64,000 nt of DNA from NCBI GenBank assembly GCA_043228905.1, contig JBHGNT010000021.1, positions 2,108,001 through 2,172,000 on the forward strand, given 5' to 3'. Position numbers and translations under genes: made by a program. The notes under the pieces were generated by a model. That model searched no databases. It saw only the letters and a program-made list of their open reading frames with translations, and was not told the origin of the DNA. The stretch is from Azolla caroliniana. Its lineage: Eukaryota; Plantae; Polypodiophyta. This document shows positions 55,501 to 64,000 of the stretch, piece after piece (the stretch's first letter is position 1; each line of letters starts with the position of its first letter).

Positions 55501-58500
55501 CATGGACATCTAACTCCTCACAACACTTGCGCAAACTGTGCATATAGCCTACATCATGCCAGAGGAAATTTTGCGAAAGAATGTAAAAATATCTTAACAT
55601 ATTTTAAGAGGCCAAAATGGCCTGTAAGACCAAATGAGAGATTACATCTTAAAATATTGTCTTGTTTTCGAGAACAACAAACAAAAATAAATGTAACTAA
55701 CTAAAAACAGGGTGACTAAAGAATCCCATTGTCTTTACATTCTCAAGTCAAATAGATTGTAACTTTTGTTTTCAAAGAATCTCTGCATAGTTCAATTCAG
55801 AATGGAGATATCTCTGAAGCAAGGAAAGCACTTGCAATGGTGGGAGGTAATGGCCTTTATTTGTGAGTGACAATGGTGGTGAGATTGTGGTTTATGAGGT
55901 TGGGGCCTGCATGCACGACAAATTGCTATTGCCCGATTTATTGTAATTCCTTTGCAATGTCCTGGTTGGGAGACACTTATGTAGCCCTTGTTTGACTTGT
56001 AGCATGAGTAGCAGTGATGGGGTAAAAGAGTTGTGATTGTTCTTTGTTGATGATCTTGTGTGGCCTGATGTGAAGAGGTTCTGCAGTTGCTATCACACTG
56101 CAGCGCATGCAATAGATGTATACCTCCTTTGATGTGTATGAAAAGTGTGCATTATAGTGGGCCATCTTCCTACCAAGAGATGTGAGGCTAATCCATGTTC
56201 CATTATCCAATTTGTAATATCAGTTCATATCACTTTATTATTTTCTGCATTGCAACATACCAGCAATTATTGTCATAAGTAGATGTGGAGAATGGCATAT
56301 TAAAGACGTAGACATGAGAATTCTGGTGAAGAACACATAGCATAATTAATCAAAGGTGCAGAATAGGCGATCCTAACCGATGTTACCGGGATCACCAAAA
56401 GGGAGCTTATTAGATAATGAGCTCCAAACGAAGTCGTACAGATCAAACCTACAGGTCAAGTACATTGAATGTTGGAAAAAGTGACAGTTTTTGAAGAGTA
56501 GTAAGACTGAGATGATATTGAATAAGTTAGTGGATTTTGGATGAGACCAAGGAGACGAATTATGTACATGCCTATCTTGCATGCGAATGAATTCTTAACT
56601 TGTGTGGAGATCATCAATGAGACTTCCATGCTTCTGAGTCATTGAAGTGGGAAAAGTCTGACTGGTGAATCTGCCGACGTGTTGTCATAATCTGGAATGT
56701 GAGAGTAGATAATTGAGCACTGTGTTGAGAGGGAGTGTTGGTGTAGGAACAAGATCCACCAATGTGTCGTGGTTTCATGAGTAGGTTCAGCACTGCTGGA
56801 AGCGTGCTGGCCTGCATGCTGTTGTAACCTTCTTCTTTAATAGAACATGTTTCTATTATTTTCTTCTGTCTGGGATTTTTTAACTTCGCTGTTTCCTGTA
56901 ACTTCCATGGCCTTCTTTGATTGGGATTTTCCCTCTTGTGCTGTGAGCTAAATTTGTACATGTTTACAAATATCCTGAATGATAAGGTTGGCAATGATTT
57001 GCATAACATTTGTAAAGAAAATCAACAAATGTTTTCTCAATTTGCCATTTTGTGTGTTCAAGTAACCTTGATCTTCTCTTAAGAAGTAAGAGTTCTTGTG
57101 TAATGTTTTATTTTTATCGAGAGGAACATGTTGGGCATGACATCAAATTCTTACCTTGATTCTACACCTACATGTTTTTCACTATCTCATTCATCAGTAA
57201 ATTTCCGTAACATTGTGATTTATTTAAACAATCTTCTCATTATGGCATTTTCTTTCTTTTTTCTTTTTCCTTGTGCAAATAGGTGGGGGAAATACAAATA
57301 ATGAGAAGCAACCAACCACAGGAGCTCCAGTAGTACTCCCTACAACTGTTTCTGAATACGTGCTGCCTCATACTCAACTTGAACTTGGGCATTCTATGGT
57401 ATCTAAACACCAAAAATCAACAAAAACACAGATTGACAGGTTGAGTTTCAGCATTTTGATGGTTTTTCTTTGTTTATTGCCCTCAGGCTCCAGCTGCTTA
57501 TCAGTATGTTGATCCCTACTATGGTGGAGTCATTGCGGGATATGGTCCCCAGGTCTGATCTATTCAAAGTTGCTCCATTTTCAGTAATATTCTTGTTAGA
57601 ACCTTCAAACATAGATAAAAGTTGAAAGTTCCCACTTTGCTTGCTTGCTTGTCGGGATGTCGTTCAGTCTTCCGTCCCCAATAGAATAGATAGGTAATTC
57701 GCTCTCATGCTTGCTGTACACTTCGTTTATGGGAGAAGTAGCACTCAATCGGCAAATTGATGACATCCTTGTGAGGTTGGTAATGATCAAAGGCCAAGTA
57801 CCAGCTGTATTTGCACTTTCCCTGCCTGCTTGCTGTTTGGTGCCTGCCACGTTTGTCGTTAGCACTCCTTTGTTCATTAATCAAGCGTTTTGTATGCCAA
57901 GAGAGACTGTTTCCCTCTTGATCTTAACTCATTTTTTTCAGGTTTATCCCCACATACTTGGGATTCATCCAGGCCGTATGGCATTACCTTCTGAAGTTAT
58001 AAAGGAAGAGCCTGTCTACGTAAATGCGAAGCAGTATAAGCGCATTATGATGCGTCGGCAATGTCGGGCAAAGGCAGAATCTGAAAACAAACTTGCCAAA
58101 CCACGTAAAGTATGCACACACGACTGGTCTTTATTTTTCTTTTTTCATTAGGAAAACATAAATTCCTCTGCCTTTCAAATGTTCATTTTTATTATTGAGG
58201 TTTTGTTGAAAAATGCCCAGACGATTTCAAGAATTTCAAGGGGGGTGTGAGTAAGCATTTTTTTTAAAAATTTCAAACATAAGTATAAAAGATTTTTAAA
58301 GTCATTCCTCAAAGCTTGAACCTGCAACCTCAATGTTGCAAAGTACAAGTTATACACACCATCAAGAATGCATTTGAAATTTTGAATTTCATTAAATCCT
58401 AGTAAATTTTAAATAGAAACTTATGGGGACTTGTCTCGTTTATAAGGTATAATAGGTGAGTGCTTTTGTTGTGCTTTAGCATGCAATTTTTCTTTCCATT

Positions 58501-58807
58501 TCAGCCTTATCTACATGAGTCACGCCATCTTCATGCAATGAGGCGGGCAAGAGGCTGTGGGGGGCGTTTTTTGAATAAAAAAGGAGATAGCTCGAATGGC
58601 AACTCAGATAGCAGTCGATCTGAAGGACAATCTTCACAAGGCCCTACGACTCCCGACTCTAAGAGAGTATCGGATCATGGAGGTTTCAAGACAATGGCTA
58701 GTGCGAATATCAATGGTGGTGGCTTGGTAGACCCTACTAATAATACATCAAGAAGCTATTCTCCTAGCCAACAAAATATAGATCAAGGGTATCAGCTGAA
58801 CTTATGA
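51840..58807 (+). CDS. NF-YA: Nuclear transcription factor Y subunit A (CBF-B/HAP2 family), ~282 aa
   Basis: Phase-compatible GT-AG exons 51840-52035, 57283-57398, 57487-57552, 57942-58109, 58505-58807. Signature [20 protein letters not shown]|[22 protein letters not shown]; also QLELGHSM and DPYYGG. Exon 1 and possible extra exons in intron 1 are less certain. Confidence 0.93.
56050..56830 (-). mobile_element. Possible highly decayed LINE 3' fragment in NF-YA intron 1
   Basis: Broken frames contain RKMAHY..HF and RTSSHQ, reminiscent of LINE ORF2 C-termini. Confidence 0.3.
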
Positions 58808-59084
58808 ATCATCAATCATGAAGGTGATTCAGGTCAACGTGGAACACTGGAAGCATTGTAACCACCTGAAGCCTAGTAACAGTTGGTGCAATCCACCCTT
58901 TCAACAAAAGAAAAAAGAAAAAACCTTTCTTTCTGCAGATTTAGACGAACTTGGGCCATGTTGGCTCTTCGTTTATTGCACCTTGCTGTGGGAGAGGTCA
59001 ATGACAACCTATATGTGAATAGACGAGGTGTGGGTGTTTTCAAACATGTTTGATCACTCTGGCTTTGTTCATTCATTTGATGGT

Positions 59085-59105
59085 GAGGCAATTCATTCTT
59101 GGCTT
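59085..59105 (+). promoter_or_regulatory. miR169 target site in the NF-YA 3' UTR
   Basis: AGGCAATTCATTCTTGGCT versus the miR169 complement AGGCAAGTCATCCTTGGCT: 1 mismatch plus 1 G:U; ~280 nt after the stop. Confidence 0.88.
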
Positions 59106-59509
59106 TGCAATTTGGAAATTTACTCTACTACTAGAGATTAACCAATTCTACATGGGAATCCATGTCGAAATAAAAGTACATGTAAGATCTCTCGCTCTCT
59201 CTCCCTCACTCACACACACACACACACACACACATGCTGTATGTACCATCTCGAGTAAAAATCCCTTGCCTACATGGATCTCTAGTTTGTCTTTGATTGG
59301 AGGATTTCGTCAGGCTGAAATCATGTATAAGTCTTAAACGATTGGAATTCAGCTCCGTATGAGCTCTTTAGTTTTCACATGTCACTTCACAATGCGCGCT
59401 TTTAAAATGTTATTTTTCTTTTAGATTTTTCAACAGTCCAATTGATGTTATTGGTTTATCTTAATGGAAAACAAAATAAATTTAAGATTTTTTTCATATG
59501 CATGCGGCT

Positions 59510-59833
59510 ATTTGGAAAATGATTTGATGAAAAGTTTGTGGACTTGGGTGTTCAGGGAGTGGATTTACCATTATTTGGTCAAGAAAATTTGTGCAGTAAA
59601 CGGAACAACTTCAAAACAGAACATATTGATGTTGATGATGTGAGAGATGAAAGTGAATTACAGAATGTATATCCTTTTGTTGTGTCATATTTGGAAAATG
59701 GTTGATGAAAAGTTGGTGAATTTGGGGTGCCCAGGGAGTGGACTTATCATTATTTGGTAAAGAAAACGTCTGCGCAGCAAACAGAACACATTGATGTTGA
59801 TGACGTGAGAGACGAAAGTAAATAATGGAATGT
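59510..59833 (+). repeat. Diverged tandem duplication (~150-180 bp)
   Basis: ATTTGGAAAATG..TGATGAAAAGTT..CAGGGAGTGGA..AAACAGAACA.ATTGATGTTGATGA at 59510 and 59689. Confidence 0.8.
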
Positions 59834-59891
59834 TGTGGAATGTTGTTCTGTGATATTTGATCTTGTTTCGCTTGTGTCAATTGCATGTTGG

Positions 59892-59964
59892 TTCATTGTA
59901 GTGAAACATGGTAGCTCTCAAGGCTCATAACCTTGAAGCCATGTGGTCAAATCCTATCCGCACA
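59892..59964 (+). pseudogene. trnfM: Degenerate organellar-type tRNA-fMet(CAU) copy
   Basis: TGGTAGCTCTCAAGGCTCATAACCTTGA retains the trnfM D and anticodon arms; T-loop and acceptor stem are damaged. Confidence 0.65.
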
Positions 59965-61172
59965 AAATAGGATATGTGATGGACATTAAGAGAAACATTG
60001 GAAGTCATTTTAGTGCACAACACCTATAATCAACACAATCCACCTGATAACCATGTCCATGGATAAAATCTAGCAATGAAATCTTGTTTTGCATATTTAC
60101 TGAAATGAATGCCCTGTGAATCTCAGGGTATTTAACTTGTGATAAAAAAATAAATTGCATGTATTATCAACGAGGTCCATGTTGATGCAGGTATAGTGAC
60201 CAGGACATTAAATGTAGAGCAATTCATCAAATGTTAAATTACATATAGCTTCATGCTTGAAGTGATCTTACTTGCATAGAAAGCCCAATTATGAGATATA
60301 GGAGCTCAAAATGGTCTTTCCACAGGCAACAGTAGTTGGAATAAGAATGAAATGGTGCATCATAATATTATGAACACATTTCAAAGGATATTAGATCAGC
60401 CTAGACCTCCCTCTAAATATTAAACCTTGGGTCCTCAATTAAAATGCAAAGTTTGAGACCATGTTGCACTTTCTTGATAACAAAATAGAAATCTTTGCAG
60501 TAGTATGTTGCTCGACATATGCTGAGCAAGATCTACAAGCTCTAGTTTTCTGCAAGTTCTCAACACATATCCTCTTTCCATAGTTGAGACAACACTTGAC
60601 ATTTGAGTGGAATATCAATAGGGTTGTTTTGAATCTTTAACATAGTAATTGGGTTCTTTTATGATAATGGCCATGAGTACAAATATGTAATTAGTTAGGA
60701 ATTGAAGTGTACTACGAAATCTAGTTGAAGTTAGAAAATAAGAGGTTCCAATTAAAAAACAGCCAAAAAGTAGAATATGTGAGGATTGTATAACCACAGT
60801 TTAGTGCATTTTCTAAATTTCAGAAATGTAGGAAAATCAACATACAGTTCATGAGACAAACAAAACCATTAATTACACGCATGGACAACAATAACATCAG
60901 AAATGATTGCCATTTAAAACCAATAACAGCAATTATTTTAAACCGATAACAAGACAAGTGCATATAAAATCTTGTATTCACCATAAAAAATTATAATTGC
61001 ATAGAACCATAAGATTTTGTACCCAATATTACAAATTTCGTATGCATACGCAAGCCTCTTGAGAACAATTATTATGTCTGACGAATTCACTTACTCAGGA
61101 AAACATACTTTTCTTTGTTTCCCTAGTGTGAACATATGATCGGGTTTCCCATCTTTGGATTTGAAAACGAAA

Positions 61173-62841
61173 TTACGAATCATGCTCTAATGCTTTGAAT
61201 ATGTCTGTCCTGGTCACTATACCTGCATCAACATAGACTTCATCAAGAGTTTCAAGCAACAAGGAAATGCTCCATGGGCATTCATTTTGAAAAGAGTTGT
61301 CCATTTCAATAATGTGTGGCCAATACAACTATAACAAACAAATGCTTCACAAAAAACAAACATTGGAATGACATGTAATTTATGGAATTAAAACTTAATT
61401 TATCATCCATATTAATAACATCTAATGAATGCAACAAACATTTACAGATGCTTCATAATTTTTGTATAGGTCTCACTCACCAACAAGCTGATTCACCTCA
61501 TTCACAATTGGTATGCGGTGTATCTTCTTCTTAAGCATTAAAATAGCAGCATCTGCATAAACGCACACAACAACCCACATCATTTCATAGATCTCCATTC
61601 ATAATAAGACCAGAGAAGATCTTCTGCATACGATATATACATATGCATCTAACAAATACAAGTTGATAAAGACTCACCATTCACTGTTTTGTCGGCAGAT
61701 AAAGTGATAGGTGGTGATGACATAACTTCACCAACAGTAGATTGCAGCTAAAAGATAAGGAGAAAAATAAACCCTTTTGAGCAAAAACATGATTTGGTAA
61801 TAAATAAATATCTCATATGTTTTCAAACAGGTTCATATGTACCAAAAAATGTCACTTTCTCTCTTGTTCACACATTTTAAGCTTCAGCTAAAGATGTATG
61901 ATTGGCATTTCTTCAAACTAGATCTATAGGCTTGATCACAAGATGATTCCTTAAGAGATTTCCCCTAATCAATAGTTCTTGTAAATTTACAGCTTATTGC
62001 CAGTCCATCATTTCTCCTGGAGCCTCTTAAGCACTAAAACACCTAGCTACAGCTATGCTCCTCATAGCCTACAGAAATTCATATAAAGTTTAAGTACTAA
62101 TCAGCTACGCTGGGAGAGAACCACAGAGTTACAGGAAAACAATAAGACTTTTCAAATAAAAATAGACTGCAAGAATATATTCACAAGATGTAAGCTAAAA
62201 TAATGTGAAAGTTAAGACAACAAATTGGCTCAATCTTCTAAATTTCAGGATTTCATAATGTTGTGAGTCTGCTATATACTTGTGGACGTATTTATATGTA
62301 GATATATAGCATAATGTGAAAATTAGACAACAGATTGGCTCAATCTTCTAAATTTCAAGATGTCATATTATGTTGTGACTTTGTTGTATAGTTCTGTGCG
62401 TATTTCTTTGTAGATATATAAATAGACACACATGCATATATATATATAAGATTTACTCTCATAAGATTTAGTCTGCTATATACTTGTCAATCTTCCGTGT
62501 GTTTATATGTATATGTACATATTTATATACCTGTACATACTACACATAAATATATCTTATTATCATTCATTATTATATCTATATGTATATATAAACAAGA
62601 ATAGCAACAAAGAAAGACTCTATTGTAAAGAAAGAGAGCGAGAAGAATAGAAATTAACCCCTTTAGAAGCTTTCGCTCGGTCCTTCTTAGAAAGGACTCC
62701 AATACATTTAAGCTCTTCATTGATCACAGGCAAGCCAGAAATGGTGAGAAAACAGTGATCGATCTCCTCTAACAATTGCTCTGGTCTGGCAGAGTATTTT
62801 ATGTTCGACATAATATTTGCAAGGAAAGTATGGGGTTGTGC
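61173..62841 (-). CDS. CBS-domain (CBSX-like) protein, last four exons; 5' exons not identified
   Basis: Phase-compatible exons 62841-62659, 61747-61678, 61552-61481, 61222-61173 give ..ISGLPVINEELKCIGVLSKKD..VGEVMSSPPITLSADKTVNDAAILMLKKKIHRIPIVNEVNQLVGIVTRTDIFKALEHDS*. Confidence 0.9.
62199..62420. repeat. ~110-bp tandem duplication in a CBS-gene intron
   Basis: ATAATGTGAAA..AGACAACA.ATTGGCTCAATCTTCTAAATTTCA..TGTAGATATATA occurs twice. Confidence 0.8.
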
Positions 62842-63747
62842 CTGAACCACAGGAAAATAATTATGTTAACATGTTTTCTCCTGATAATCAGAAAATCATA
62901 GAATCTCAGGAAAATAATGAGGTTTTTTTTAGTAGAAAATCCTAGCTCAACATCAAGGTCTTTTCGAAGAAAAAGCCATACAGTCTCAGCAATGGCTTTC
63001 TTTTTTAATGTACAAATCCTAAGTTCTCAGAAATTTATGTTCCCGAGAAAAAGCTCCAGGATCTTATATATGCTTTCTTTGACAAAGAAGGCCATAAAAC
63101 TAGGCCGTTCAGAAATGCATTTGTTTTTCCTGATAGAAACCCTAGCCTCTAAGGCGATATTGTTTGTTGTCAGGAAATCATGGCCTATTCTTATAAATGA
63201 TTTTCCTCACAAATGGTTTTTGTTTTACACAGAAACCCTAACTAGCCCTACCCTTCTCAAGACATGTGTCTTCCTTTCAACGATAACTAACATACCCTCG
63301 CCTTTAAAAAGGCATGGTCTTTAAGCCCCAATTATTATTGTTAATCACTATCTAATAAAAAATTAAGAATACACTGAGTGGATTAAGAAGGGATTGACTA
63401 AATAGATTACAAAAAGATTAATTAAAAAGCAACAATGAGGACTAAGAAAGATCAATACACATGCTATTCATGTTTGCAGCATTCTTACAAAACCCTAATC
63501 AAAATCCCTTATAATTAATTAATATGGACATTAATCATGATTTAATCAATGCCCCGATGCTTAGTAATCAAACAATTCTTATCAGTATTCTTTTCCAGTA
63601 CCTTAACCACACCATTGAACTCTTCTCAATCCATTTATCTATCCTAACTCTTTCATCGATTCTTGAATCTTTTCTTAATCTATTTAATCTACTTTAAACT
63701 CATTCATTAACCTTTAATCTTTCCTTCATCTACTTATATCTGTCATA

Positions 63748-63850
63748 AGGGGTTCACTGCATTGGATCACATATTGACCCTCCACATCCTTACTGAAGAA
63801 GGAAAAGGTCACAAAAGGAGAAACTATTGTTGCTTTGGGGATTCCCAGAA
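63748..63850 (+). mobile_element. LINE reverse-transcriptase fragment
   Basis: RGFTALDHILTLHILTEE..RRNYCCFGDSQ matches the non-LTR RT motif G.ST.DHI.TL..IIE....YCCFVDF. Confidence 0.65.
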
Positions 63851-64000
63851 CGGAACTCTATGCACTTTATCAATCATCAATCAGTTATGGAGAAAATTGC
63901 TCTTCTTTACCCGCGCCTCTTATCTTAAAGGGAAGCGACCTTTACTTAGGCGGGTTACTTAGATTACAAAGCCAGTAATTTTGTCTTTTCTTGGTATTGA

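Noticed and set aside
54290-55690. Two ~100-bp copies (GAGGCCAAAATGGCCT.TAAGACCAAA..GAGATTACATCTTAAA) in NF-YA intron 1
   Set aside because: Probably a small dispersed repeat; boundaries and class unsupported.
63399-63687. Imperfect ~21-bp inverted repeat suggesting a MITE
   Set aside because: Low-complexity AT-rich sequence with no TSD; may be chance.

Overview
Eukaryotic land-plant genomic DNA (a non-seed plant such as a fern is my inference). Bases 1-40118 are one nested LTR-retrotransposon cluster that can be unpacked from target-site duplications (TSDs). A decayed Ty1/Copia hosts non-autonomous element A (1218-37610, -). A hosts non-chromovirus Gypsy F (3502-34842, +). F hosts non-autonomous element G (23747-28837, +) and self-priming Tcn1-like chromovirus E (5838-22071, +). 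E hosts a three-LTR chimera (6666-18697, -) of autonomous Gypsy C fused to non-autonomous element D. A, C, D and G form one autonomous-plus-satellite system: tRNA-Trp primer, 4-bp TSDs centred on CpG, a shared PPT with a covarying hairpin, and capsid-only Gag ORFs with repeat tails in the satellites. Element F has no polypurine tract; a sense copy of its primer tRNA-Arg 3' end abuts the 3' LTR, and it carries a ~1130-codon extra ORF. Bases 40.7-46.3 kb hold older Copia relics and LTR fragments. Bases 51.8-58.8 kb encode an NF-YA transcription factor with a miR169 site in the 3' UTR. Bases 61.2-62.8 kb are the 3' exons of a convergent CBS-domain gene. All alignments and mismatch counts were done by eye; family assignments rest on recalled motifs, not database searches.
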